From the IMG/VR virus record IMGVR_UViG_3300021968_000003, positions 1-33,230 of that record: a DNA stretch of 33,230 bases. One strand, written 5' to 3'. The position numbers and the translations under genes are program-made. The notes below the pieces were generated by a model, which saw nothing but the letters and a program-made list of their open reading frames with translations, made no database searches and was not told where the DNA came from. Below, in pieces: positions 1 through 8,329 of this stretch (positions are counted from its first letter, which is position 1; each line of letters opens with the position of its first letter). The stretch is from a virus. Taxonomy: Duplodnaviria > Caudoviricetes.

Positions 1-1
1 A

Positions 2-700
2 GATATCATCGAACGCGCGGAGTCCTTTGAGCGTTTCACCTCTAGGGGCTTCCGATATTGCTTCCATGACGTGGCGCAAATCTTCGACTGGCTGACGCGC
101 GCGCGCCCTGGCTCCGTTCCATTGTTCGGCCAGAAGGGTAACTTTGAGACTTTCGTGTCGATCACAAAGGTTAACTTTCAGACTGAGGGGCTGGGCGGCT
201 CCCTTGGCATGTCTGCCTATAACGCGCGCGTCTGGGGCTTTGAGATTGGCGCTGTTGAATGGGATCGTGGTTTCTACTCCGCTACTGGGTACAGGTCGTT
301 TCTGTGCTCCTCGCTAGAGGTTGGTGAACGGTCTGATGACGTTCGGCAATGGTGTATTGGCCATCTTCGCCACTGGTGGAATGGATCGGGCGGAAAGCCT
401 ACAAAGTTCGCGCTGCATCGCATCCAAAAGCACGATTTCAGACCTTCCAATCCGCTGCCGGTCCCGGTGGATGATGACACAATGGAGTGCTCCGCCTGTG
501 ACGCTGACCTCTCCCAGATGGATGAATACGGGGAGTGCTCCGAGACTGGCGCGGTCTTCTGTCCGTCCTGCTATGCCAAGCATGGGGAGTCCTGCGCTGA
601 ATGTCTTCCACCTACAGAACCTTTCGATGATGAAGGGCGAACGGATGCGGGTAACGGTTATCCTGCCGCATCTGCAAGCAAGCAACTTTCACTTTTCTAA
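2..700 (+). CDS. Hypothetical protein with C-terminal Cys-rich Zn finger, probably 5'-partial
   Basis: The frame of ORF 71..700 is open back to nt 2 (DIIERAESFERF...); CSAC..ECSETG..FCPSC..CAEC cluster near the C-terminus. Confidence 0.65.
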   Translation, partial: DIIERAESFERFTSRGFRYCFHDVAQIFDWLTRARPGSVPLFGQKGNFETFVSITKVNFQTEGLGGSLGMSAYNARVWGFEIGAVEWDRGFYSATGYRSFLCSSLEVGERSDDVRQWCIGHLRHWWNGSGGKPTKFALHRIQKHDFRPSNPLPVPVDDDTMECSACDADLSQMDEYGECSETGAVFCPSCYAKHGESCAECLPPTEPFDDEGRTDAGNGYPAASASKQLSLF

Positions 701-704
701 CGTG

Positions 705-732
705 TTGACTCCATGATGGAGTCATGTATAAT
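705..732 (+). promoter_or_regulatory. sigma70-type promoter overlapped by a 19-bp palindromic operator
   Basis: TTGACT (705-710), 16 nt spacer, TATAAT (727-732); perfect inverted repeat TGACTCCAT-G-ATGGAGTCA at 706-724. Confidence 0.8.
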
Positions 733-777
733 CAACTTATTCCGTGGCTGATGCCACAACCTGAAAGGACTAAAACC

Positions 778-927
778 ATGTCTCCTGAACTTGCTAACCT
801 TATCGCCTCCATCAACCTTATCTCCTCTCTCCGCTCCAAAGCTGTCGGAATTGATTTCGCATGGGATCGGCTTTACTCCGCTGAAAAGTACCTACAAAAA
901 CAGGTCGCCTCGCATCTCGCGGAGTAA
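778..927 (+). CDS. Small hypothetical protein (49 aa, MSPELANL...)
   Basis: AAAGGA ribosome site before ATG 778; the ATG at 724 lies inside the promoter. Confidence 0.6.
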   Translation: MSPELANLIASINLISSLRSKAVGIDFAWDRLYSAEKYLQKQVASHLAE

Positions 928-987
928 GCCCACCTTTTTCTTTTCTCTAACCGGCGCGCTGGCCGTCTCCAGCGCAAAGGGGTTTTT

Positions 988-1380
988 ATGGCCAAGCTGG
1001 GTCATCAAGAGGCTGTGCTTATTCTTCAACACGCAATAAACCACGTTCTAAACGTGCCTGACGCTGTTTTTATTATGGGTAATTCCATCTGCAGTGTTGT
1101 GGCGGATGGCTGCGAAAACGGGATTATTGTTGATCCTCTTTACGAGGCTAATGATCTGGCGGCGATGGCTTGCGCTGGGGGTTCCAATATGGCCGAAGAA
1201 TTGACTGATGAACAGCGGGACGAGGCGCAATCTCTTTATCGCCAGATGGCGGCGGTTCAAAGCAAACTGTGGGCGTTGTCTCAGGAGTTGGAGGAGCTTA
1301 TCGGGTGTGCTGTCGATACTACGGAGGATTTGCAGGATCGTAATTTGGATTACTTCATAGACAAGGATGAACCTGTATGA
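988..1380 (+). CDS. Hypothetical protein (possible second start at 1189)
   Basis: GGGGG SD-like motif before both ATG 988 and ATG 1189; ATGA overlap with the next gene. Confidence 0.6.
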   Translation: MAKLGHQEAVLILQHAINHVLNVPDAVFIMGNSICSVVADGCENGIIVDPLYEANDLAAMACAGGSNMAEELTDEQRDEAQSLYRQMAAVQSKLWALSQELEELIGCAVDTTEDLQDRNLDYFIDKDEPV

Positions 1381-1718
1381 GCGATAAACCTTTGGATCAT
1401 CGGCGCGCGCTGCAATTGCTGGCGGAGGCTCAAGTCTTCGCTCCTGCGGTTGTGCCTGGGCTGGGTGTCGGCGGCTTCTTCGTCTTCAGTGCGGCCAAGG
1501 AACTGGGTCGCGGCGAGACGATAGACGACGCGATGATTGACGCGCGGGAACGGGGGAACATTCCCGACCTGCCTCCCCGTCCTGCCTTTCGGATCGGCTT
1601 CGACGTTCGCACGATTACAAGGAACGGGGAGATTGTGGCCACTTGCACATCTCGAAGTCTGGCCATGCGGATAGTTAACGCGCTGAATCAATACAATCCA
1701 AACTCGCGGGGTCTCTAA
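1377..1718 (+). CDS. Hypothetical protein
   Basis: 113 aa ORF, ATGA-coupled to the upstream gene, AAGGA upstream. Confidence 0.7.
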   Translation: MSDKPLDHRRALQLLAEAQVFAPAVVPGLGVGGFFVFSAAKELGRGETIDDAMIDARERGNIPDLPPRPAFRIGFDVRTITRNGEIVATCTSRSLAMRIVNALNQYNPNSRGL

Positions 1719-1748
1719 CTGGGGGCAAACTGGCTGCTAGGCTGGGGC

Positions 1749-1787
1749 AAAAGAATGGCCGTGGGTACATTTCCCACGGCCATTCTT
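1749..1787 (-). terminator. Intrinsic terminator between convergent gene blocks, possibly bidirectional
   Basis: 15-bp perfect stem AAGAATGGCCGTGGG / CCCACGGCCATTCTT with 7-nt loop; T-rich 3' end on the minus strand. Confidence 0.85.
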
Positions 1788-1799
1788 GCGTCTGGTTGG

Positions 1800-2600
1800 T
1801 CATCTTGGCAGTAGTCGCATGGCCTCCTGTACCTGCAGCTCCAGCGCGGCCACACCTTCAGGGCCGTCATGCTGCTCTGCTGTGGCTCTCAGGAGCGGTA
1901 AGCCGGTCTCAATGCTCTCCAGTATCTCCGCGCGCGTAGCTGGCCTCCCACGGGCGAACCATTCCGTTTTGAATGGCCTTCCCAGTCTGAATAGGACTCC
2001 TGCGTTTGCGCCTTTGCTTGGTAGGTGTGGGCTGGATATCAGGGTATGCCGGCGAGTGTAGTACAGCAGGGATACGCCTGGGTTCCGCTCGATCATCACC
2101 CCAGCGGGGGCAACCTTTATTTCTGGGAGTCCGTCCGTTCGCCGTACCATCTGGGGTTTCGATAGGAACGGGCAATTTGTTGCGGAATAGATGGCACATT
2201 CCCGGTGGCTGGGCGGCTCGGAGCTCACGCGGTTAACCAAGCACATTGGACCGATCACAAACACTTCTTCTCCGAATAACGGATTTCCGCAAGTCCAGCA
2301 AAGTCTCTGATTGATCGCCTTCACCAGCTTGCGACCGTCAGCCGCGCGAAACTCTGGCTCTCCTCCAACCCATTCAATGAACCACGGGCAAGGATAGCCG
2401 CGCTTGTCGATTGGGAGATGCTGCATAAACTTCGGCGGCGCCTGTATGTCCTGGCGGAGCGGGTGTGCTACGGGGCAAACTCCCATCTGGGCTCTCCTCC
2501 TGGTGGCGGTGTCATCTTCCTCTCGGCATCCGCAAACGATTCCGCCTCTTAGTATTCCGGTGCCGGCGCACTGATCGCAATTGGTTAAGGCTCTGGCCAT
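1800..2600 (-). CDS. Phage hypothetical protein with Cys/His motifs (alternative start 2486)
   Basis: RGYPCPWF, LCWTCG, HRECAIYSATNCPFL motifs; AAGGAG before 2600 and AGGAGG before 2486. Confidence 0.8.
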   Translation of the reverse strand: MARALTNCDQCAGTGILRGGIVCGCREEDDTATRRRAQMGVCPVAHPLRQDIQAPPKFMQHLPIDKRGYPCPWFIEWVGGEPEFRAADGRKLVKAINQRLCWTCGNPLFGEEVFVIGPMCLVNRVSSEPPSHRECAIYSATNCPFLSKPQMVRRTDGLPEIKVAPAGVMIERNPGVSLLYYTRRHTLISSPHLPSKGANAGVLFRLGRPFKTEWFARGRPATRAEILESIETGLPLLRATAEQHDGPEGVAALELQVQEAMRLLPR

Positions 2601-3169
2601 TTTGCTCCTTCGAGATACGCTATTGCAGATTCGAGGATATGAACGCTGTCTTTTGCATGTCCCAGCATCAGGTTGCAGCGGCTACAGAGAATCCCTCTCA
2701 CTTTGCCGGTGACGTGGCAGTGATCGGTATGCCAAGCATTTCTCATAGTTTCTGTACCCTTGCAGATTTTGCAGCAACGGCCTTGCTGCTCAAACATCTG
2801 CTCCCATGCTTCCATCGTGAGGTTATAGAGTTTCAATCTCCAGCGCCGTCTGGATTTGGCTATTATTTCTGGGTTCTGCTTTCGATATTCCCTGTCTTGC
2901 TTTCGCGTTTTTTCAATATCCTGATGCCTATATTTTTTTTCTAATTCTCTTCTTCCTTCCAAATATTTCTGCTTTACCTCATGGGGCTGGCTGTCTCTGA
3001 CGGCCTTCTCTCTGCCTGGATTTTCCGCTCTCCATTGGCGCTGGCGTTCTCTGAATCGTTCTCTATTGGCGGCTCTATATTCGCTCTGTTGTTTGCGTAG
3101 ATGTTCTCTGTTTTTTTCTCTCCAATTACGGGCATAGTTCTTTGATTTTTCACCCCTATTTATCTCCAT
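2585..3169 (-). CDS. Endonuclease VII-family (His-Me finger) nuclease, homing-endonuclease-like
   Basis: QQGRCCKIC...HTDHCHVTGKVRGILCSRCNLMLG signature; basic helical N-terminus; AT-richer than flanks. Confidence 0.9.
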   Translation of the reverse strand: MEINRGEKSKNYARNWREKNREHLRKQQSEYRAANRERFRERQRQWRAENPGREKAVRDSQPHEVKQKYLEGRRELEKKYRHQDIEKTRKQDREYRKQNPEIIAKSRRRWRLKLYNLTMEAWEQMFEQQGRCCKICKGTETMRNAWHTDHCHVTGKVRGILCSRCNLMLGHAKDSVHILESAIAYLEGAKWPEP

Positions 3170-3375
3170 CCCTTACCTGAGCACCCCACACATAAACATT
3201 GTTTTTTTCCATCCCATCCACTCCCAGAGCAATCTTTACATGCTGTTACGGTCCCGGTGCCGTGACACTTCGGGCACATCTTATTTGGTTTTCCCATCTT
3301 CGTCTGTTTCCGACAATTGCACTTCGCTCTCAGGTCGGGTTTTAGGGCTGCGGCTGCTAAATCGCTGTTGTCCAT
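3160..3375 (-). CDS. Small DnaJ-type CxxCxGxG zinc-finger protein
   Basis: CPKCHGTG, CKDCSGSG, CVGCSGKG repeats; GGAGG before ATG 3375 (MDNSD...). Confidence 0.75.
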   Translation of the reverse strand: MDNSDLAAAALKPDLRAKCNCRKQTKMGKPNKMCPKCHGTGTVTACKDCSGSGWDGKKQCLCVGCSGKGWR

Positions 3376-3502
3376 CGGGCCTCCTGTTGTATGGCTCGTA
3401 ATTCGGGGTTCCGGTGAACGCATGACAGTTGCCACAGTATCCCGCGCTCTCGTCGTTTGGGTTGTAGCTGACGCGGTGACAGACTGGGCATTTGAAACTC
3501 AT
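3281..3502 (-). CDS. Small zinc-ribbon protein
   Basis: CPVCHRVSYNPND...YCGNCH; ATGA overlap with the upstream gene; GAGG SD. Confidence 0.65.
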   Translation of the reverse strand: MSFKCPVCHRVSYNPNDESAGYCGNCHAFTGTPNYEPYNRRPDGQQRFSSRSPKTRPESEVQLSETDEDGKTK

Positions 3503-3867
3503 ACCTCTTTCCCTGTGTCTGGATCTGAGTAGCGGGTGTCCACCTTCTCCATGTCCAGGGCATGGCGGAAGTCTCGAAAGTCCATCATTAACGCTCCGAG
3601 TGCTCCCTGTTCTATCCCATGCTTTTTAAAGAATCCATGTAACATCGCGTCGGCCTCGGCGTAGCTGGCTGCGCGGAAGAGGTCCAGGGCGATGCTGCGC
3701 GCCTCGGCAATGGTTAGCTGTGCGATCATGGCGTCCTGATTGGAGAGTTGCACGTATGGCTTCCCATTGCGCGCGGCAACTATACCCTGCACCCAGAAGT
3801 TGATTCCTGTCGGCTTATCCTGCGGTTCGATCAATGTTGGCTCCTCTCGCGGCTGCGCTTTCCCCAC
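3499..3867 (-). CDS. Hypothetical protein
   Basis: 122 aa ORF in a tightly packed minus-strand operon. Confidence 0.7.
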   Translation of the reverse strand: MGKAQPREEPTLIEPQDKPTGINFWVQGIVAARNGKPYVQLSNQDAMIAQLTIAEARSIALDLFRAASYAEADAMLHGFFKKHGIEQGALGALMMDFRDFRHALDMEKVDTRYSDPDTGKEV

Positions 3868-4187
3868 TCCATCCCCAGGCGTAAGGCTTCCTCTGGAGTG
3901 GGGTGAGTCCTGCCAAAAATCGGATGTTCCGTGTTAAACAGGTCATAGGCTTTATCTGCTATCTCCTGGCTGTAGTAGCCGGCGAAGTATCCGATATTCG
4001 CAAGGATCCTGCGGGTGGCCTCTTCCTCCGATACTCCCAGCTTTACAATCTCGGCAACCTGCTCCGCGAGTAGCGTTGTGGCTTCTTCTTTCGTCATGCC
4101 GGCCGCAACTCGATCCATGATTTGCTGCAGGGATAGCATATTTTCGTTTACCTTTCCTTCCATGCTTCGGCTCTGCCTTTCCGTCAT
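3831..4187 (-). CDS. Hypothetical protein
   Basis: 118 aa helical ORF with ATGA overlap at 4184-4187. Confidence 0.7.
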   Translation of the reverse strand: MTERQSRSMEGKVNENMLSLQQIMDRVAAGMTKEEATTLLAEQVAEIVKLGVSEEEATRRILANIGYFAGYYSQEIADKAYDLFNTEHPIFGRTHPTPEEALRLGMEWGKRSRERSQH

Positions 4188-4393
4188 CGCGTTTGATTTG
4201 CTTCTGAATTTCGTTCTTCATCTAACACGCGATAAGCCTCCGCTTGTAGTAGCTCTCGGAGTTCTCTGGAGTCTGCTTGCTGCTTTGCTCTTGTTGCCAG
4301 TGCGCGCGCGCGGCGGTGAATGAGTCCGGTGGATGGTAGGAACAAAACAAGGAACGCGATAGTGGCGAGTCCTGCGAGGTTGTAGTCCATCAT
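4184..4393 (-). CDS. Small membrane-anchored coiled-coil protein (MMDYNLAGLATIAFLVLF...)
   Basis: AGGAG SD and ATGA overlap at 4390-4393; N-terminal hydrophobic helix. Confidence 0.6.
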   Translation of the reverse strand: MMDYNLAGLATIAFLVLFLPSTGLIHRRARALATRAKQQADSRELRELLQAEAYRVLDEERNSEANQTR

Positions 4394-4602
4394 TTTTTGT
4401 TTCTCCTGAATTGCGCGGCTTTTGGACAATCGGAAAAGTGGGAGACTGCAGGATCTTCGTCGCCACTCATGGGGTTCATAGGCATAGTGGCTCCGTTCGG
4501 CGTTAACCAGAGCTCCATGCTGGATCCACACGGGCACGTTTTGTTTGCGAGGTACTTGTAACCGGCCTCGATCAGCTTCGCTTTGGTCGCGGGGAATGGC
4601 AT
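4390..4602 (-). CDS. Small putative Zn-binding protein
   Basis: TCPCGS...HFSDCP motif; operon-packed. Confidence 0.7.
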   Translation of the reverse strand: MPFPATKAKLIEAGYKYLANKTCPCGSSMELWLTPNGATMPMNPMSGDEDPAVSHFSDCPKAAQFRRNKK

Positions 4603-4603
4603 C

Positions 4604-5170
4604 TCAACTCCACCAATCGGTTAGCATGTCGGATTTGCTCTTGTTGTCTGGGCCGTCCCATTCAGGATGAGTCGGCATCCATTCAATCGTGTCATTCGGG
4701 CCTTCCTTGTACGGGGCCATCTGAATGGTGATGGGGATGCCTGGGCCATTGGTAAAGACCACAACGGCCTCATCCCATATCTCGCGGGGTAGGTTCTTCA
4801 TCTCTCCGCCGTGGGCTGCGAGGGTACGTTTATAGTGCGCCATGAATTTCTCAACTCCCATTTCTTTGGGAGCGGGGAGGTTGTAATACTTCCCATAGGC
4901 ATCTGAATTGATCCAGCGAGAATCCGTGACGAAACTAAGGCTCTGGGCCTTGCGGGTGCGCGCCATCATATTGGCGGATGCGGCCATCTGGTACTTCTCT
5001 TTATTGTCCTTCCAGCCCAACATCATTATGGTGATTTCATCTCCGTAGATGAACGCCATCGGCAACATCTGTTCGTCTCCGCTGTACTTGAAACTCTCGC
5101 GCTGATGTTTAGCGAGGTCCAACAGTGTAGTCATCATTTCTTTGGTGTCTTGGTTAGTCGTCGTCTTCAT
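4604..5170 (-). CDS. Hypothetical protein (ORF extends to 5203)
   Basis: Long ORF; GGAG upstream of ATG 5170. Confidence 0.75.
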   Translation of the reverse strand: MKTTTNQDTKEMMTTLLDLAKHQRESFKYSGDEQMLPMAFIYGDEITIMMLGWKDNKEKYQMAASANMMARTRKAQSLSFVTDSRWINSDAYGKYYNLPAPKEMGVEKFMAHYKRTLAAHGGEMKNLPREIWDEAVVVFTNGPGIPITIQMAPYKEGPNDTIEWMPTHPEWDGPDNKSKSDMLTDWWS

Positions 5171-5717
5171 CGTCCCAGCGTCTCCAGGTCTCTTGCCGGC
5201 CAACCGTCCACAACAGAAAATGTCTCCATCGTGGCGGTATCAGGCATTGCATTGTTAGTTCTTCGTGCTTGTCTCGCGCTTCGTTCTCCGTGGTGTAGCG
5301 GATTTGAAGCTGGTCGTCTGGGAAGTGTTTTTTGTTGTAGGCTTCGCGCTTCTGTCGTTCCTCAAACTCCAGTTTTAAGTCTTCGGGCATGGTTCTTTTG
5401 GACCCGCGCGTGAAATGTTCGCGCATATCGTTCAACAGCCATTCCCCATACTCGCGGGAGAATCGGAGCGGTTTCGTTGGGGCAAATAACATGGTCTCGA
5501 ATAGCAGGGGTTTTCCCCATCCCCAGTTATGATCCATTCCCAGCCATACGGTACTCAGGCGTTCTCCGTAAAGTGTTTTGGTGCTGCCTACGATCCGGGC
5601 CGCGCTGTCCTCGAACATGATTCCCCACTGTTCGGCGGCGGTCAGTAGTTCATTGTCCAGGATCGGCTTACCGTCGCGGTGGTAATACCTGATTGGGGAT
5701 TGGTCCAGGGTGAACAT
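5154..5717 (-). CDS. Phage hypothetical protein
   Basis: STVWLGMDHNWG...PLLFETMLF motif resembling small phage proteins; 187 aa. Confidence 0.75.
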   Translation of the reverse strand: MFTLDQSPIRYYHRDGKPILDNELLTAAEQWGIMFEDSAARIVGSTKTLYGERLSTVWLGMDHNWGWGKPLLFETMLFAPTKPLRFSREYGEWLLNDMREHFTRGSKRTMPEDLKLEFEERQKREAYNKKHFPDDQLQIRYTTENEARDKHEELTMQCLIPPRWRHFLLWTVGRQETWRRWDDEDDD

Positions 5718-5880
5718 TCCTTCGTCTTTTCTCCGGTCTTAAGTTAGGTGGGGAGTGAACAACAACTAGTATGTTGCCCACTCCCGTAACCTGCGTAGCA
5801 ACTTCATGCGTTCGATTACTCTCCCGCGTCCATCCGCCACGCCCTGCGGCTCAGGGTTTAGTCCTTCGCCGCAACCTCGA

Positions 5881-6069
5881 TCACTTGGTTTCCAACTTGG
5901 CCTCGACCTTGGCCAGTCGATCAATCAGGTCAATAAACTTTCCGGTCAACAGGCTGATATCGGTATGCAGTTCCCTGCGTACATCGTCAGCCTTCCGGTT
6001 GTTAATGAACACGCCTACCACGATGGCTCCCAGGGTGACGGCGAATTGCCAGTTATTGCTATCGTGCAT
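5881..6069 (-). CDS. Small single-TM coiled-coil protein
   Basis: FAVTLGAIVVGVFI helix followed by a heptad-like tail; starts 1 nt after the ATPase stop. Confidence 0.7.
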   Translation of the reverse strand: MHDSNNWQFAVTLGAIVVGVFINNRKADDVRRELHTDISLLTGKFIDLIDRLAKVEAKLETK

Positions 6070-6070
6070 A

Positions 6071-7474
6071 TTACTTGCTCACTTTCTTTTTGGTGGCCTT
6101 CTTTGCCGTCTTTGCCTCTGGGAGTCTGTCCAGGGGCTCATCGTTGACGGTCTTTACTTCGCCGTCTTCCATGTAGAAACCAACATTGCCCGTCAAATCG
6201 ACACATTCTATGAAAACTTGGAAATCGCGCTCGTGGGCCATATCCGCGATGATGGCGAGGCTGGCATCATCCAATAGGCTCCCGTCCTTGATCCTCATGA
6301 CTCGGACCTTGCGGTTAGTCGTCATGCCTATGGCTGCGCTGACCTTGATCTGTTCGGCGTTGCTGGCCTGTTCAAACGGTAGGTTGTTATACATCACTTC
6401 CTGATTGCCAAACCCCAGACCTTCGACGGGATACTTCGCGTGGGCAATGGCTTCCTTCTTGCGGCGTTCGCCTTCCTTCACGGCCGCGTCCAGCTTGCTC
6501 CATTCCTCATGCGCCACCTTGTAATCAGCGTCAATCTTGGCGCGCATCTGGCCGCGCTCGATCGCTCGGTTAAGGATTCGGGCTTCCTCGATCTGCGCGG
6601 CGAGTGCGGCGGCATCCTTCGGCTCTGCCAGGGGCTCCCATGCCTTCTCCGTCTTCTCCATCTCTACCAAGCGGTCAAGGTCTTGGCGAAGTGCTATCTC
6701 CATCCGCTCAATCTCGAGGCGCAATTCTCCAAGACGGTCCGCGCGTGATCTAGTGGCTTCTTTCATCCTTTCGTATTCGCGCTGGTAATCCTCGCGTTCG
6801 CGCCTCTCGCGTTCAATCTCCAGGTTGTAGTTGCTAACCTGGGCAAGTTCCTCCGTCATGCCTTTCACGTCGCGGGGCTCGGTGGGGAGACCTTCGGGGA
6901 TCTGGATAGCATCGCGCTGGGCCTCTAGCTGGTCGCGCTTGCGGCCGGCAATGGTGCGCGCGTCAAACTCGCCTTGTATCTTCTCGTCCAGCGCGTCCAT
7001 GTCGATATCAGGGGTGGAGATGCGGCGAAGGATGTGATATTGCTCCTTCGGTTTCATCCGCATAAACTCCAGCGGGTCAAAGCTGACCTGTTTCAATAGC
7101 GCGTCTTCGAGCTCATCCGGTGTGGTGATCTTCTGCCGGCGCTCCTGGAGCTCCGTGGCATCCGCTCCAGGCATCTGCTCTACGTGGAGACGGCCGGCGC
7201 GCTTAGATGATCCCTCGAAGAATTGGCGGGTAAGCACAACCTCTGTCTTAGAGTCCTCCCCCATGTCTATCTTTATGCCTCCGCGCGCGGCTCCGGTGCG
7301 AACGGGGCGGCTGGGGATGCTCTTGCCGCCAACCAAAACCATTTCGATCATGTCTAGGGTTGTGGTCTTCCCTGTCCCGTTGCCTCCGCTGATGCGGTTC
7401 ACGTACTTGTTAGGGGTAATGTCGATTACCTTGATCTTCTTTACGTTGCTTCCCTGCAGCCGAATAATTCTCAC
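6071..7474 (-). CDS. SMC/Rad50/SbcC-like ABC-type ATPase with coiled coil
   Basis: Walker A GGNGTGKTT, long central coiled coil, signature-like ASNAEQ, Walker B/D-loop-like VMRIKDGSLLD; GTG start with GAGG. Confidence 0.88.
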   Translation of the reverse strand: MRIIRLQGSNVKKIKVIDITPNKYVNRISGGNGTGKTTTLDMIEMVLVGGKSIPSRPVRTGAARGGIKIDMGEDSKTEVVLTRQFFEGSSKRAGRLHVEQMPGADATELQERRQKITTPDELEDALLKQVSFDPLEFMRMKPKEQYHILRRISTPDIDMDALDEKIQGEFDARTIAGRKRDQLEAQRDAIQIPEGLPTEPRDVKGMTEELAQVSNYNLEIERERREREDYQREYERMKEATRSRADRLGELRLEIERMEIALRQDLDRLVEMEKTEKAWEPLAEPKDAAALAAQIEEARILNRAIERGQMRAKIDADYKVAHEEWSKLDAAVKEGERRKKEAIAHAKYPVEGLGFGNQEVMYNNLPFEQASNAEQIKVSAAIGMTTNRKVRVMRIKDGSLLDDASLAIIADMAHERDFQVFIECVDLTGNVGFYMEDGEVKTVNDEPLDRLPEAKTAKKATKKKVSK

Positions 7475-7490
7475 TTCTGTTTCCTCTTTC

Positions 7491-7790
7491 TTAAAACTCT
7501 TCGCCTGTCATCGAGTCATATTGTTTAGCCTTGCCGAAGATAGTTACGGCGCGCCCTTTTGCGTCGGTCAGTTTTTCCCCATCGCGCGTCAGGATGATTT
7601 GATAGGCGCGGTATGCTGGCCTTGTTTCGCCACTCGTAAAGACAATCTCCGTCTCGCTGATCTTCTCTACAAATACGGCGTCGCGGTTGTCGTCAGAGTC
7701 GGTGAGGTTGATACAGAATCCCGCCTTTAACTCACTCGGCTTAAGGTCTCTGGGTTCGTTGGTTTTTTCCAGCGTTCTGCGAATTTCCAT
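7491..7790 (-). CDS. Hypothetical beta-rich protein
   Basis: 99 aa; ATG directly abuts the toxin stop (TAGATG). Confidence 0.7.
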   Translation of the reverse strand: MEIRRTLEKTNEPRDLKPSELKAGFCINLTDSDDNRDAVFVEKISETEIVFTSGETRPAYRAYQIILTRDGEKLTDAKGRAVTIFGKAKQYDSMTGEEF

Positions 7791-8063
7791 CTAGTTTTGG
7801 GCTCCATGTTTTATATCGGTGATGCGTATTTCTTTGGGTGTGAGGGTATAGCGGATGATGTACGGGGTTCCGGTTACTACCATCTCGCGCCGGTTGATAA
7901 AGTTTGTGGTTCGCCCACTCTTGGGGAAGTCAACTATCCGTCCAAAGGTTTTATAGATTCTCTGCCGCACGTTTAAAGCGTTCTGTAAACCGCTGTCCTC
8001 TGCGATGTATTGAAAGATTTTCTCCTCGCGTTGGCGGATGACGGGCGTTAGCGTGATCTTCAA
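7791..8063 (-). CDS. RelE/ParE-family type II toxin
   Basis: 90 aa basic protein with IFQYIAEDS...A...FPKSGR...REMVVTGTPYIIRY...I.I..IKHGAQ pattern; TTG start overlapping the antitoxin stop. Confidence 0.9.
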   Translation of the reverse strand: MKITLTPVIRQREEKIFQYIAEDSGLQNALNVRQRIYKTFGRIVDFPKSGRTTNFINRREMVVTGTPYIIRYTLTPKEIRITDIKHGAQN

Positions 8064-8329
8064 CTAGCCTTCCTCCGCTCCGCACGTTCCAGTTTTTTAA
8101 AGAAGCTATCCATATGGGTTTCGTGCTCCTCCATCGTGATCCAGCCCACGCGGTCAGCCTCGGCAATGATGGCCTCATGCTCGGCATGATCGGCGCGTAC
8201 TCGTTCCAGGTATTGCTCAATTGCAAGGTTGATAACAAACGTCCTATCGCGTTCATAGGCGGCGGCGATGGTGTCTAACTCGTCCACTATCGCCTCATTG
8301 ATTCGGAAACTTACGTTTTTCATTCCCAT
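8060..8329 (-). CDS. Ribbon-helix-helix (CopG-like) antitoxin
   Basis: NVSFRINEAIVDELDTIAAAYERDRTFVINLAIEQYL is an RHH pattern; acidic C-half; upstream of the toxin; likely start 8329 or 8323 rather than 8350. Confidence 0.88.
   Translation of the reverse strand: MGMKNVSFRINEAIVDELDTIAAAYERDRTFVINLAIEQYLERVRADHAEHEAIIAEADRVGWITMEEHETHMDSFFKKLERAERRKAS

Noticed and set aside
724-777. ORF-track start at 724
   Set aside because: ATG lies within the promoter and operator; a good SD precedes ATG 778
1719-1752. Short direct repeat CTGGGG(G)CAAA at the strand-convergence point, as a possible att site
   Set aside because: Only about 10 bp, imperfect, two copies 23 nt apart, and no integrase in the window
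5718-5880. tRNA or known riboswitch/ribozyme in this gap
   Set aside because: No cloverleaf, T-loop or recognisable consensus by eye; kept only as an unclassified structured RNA candidate
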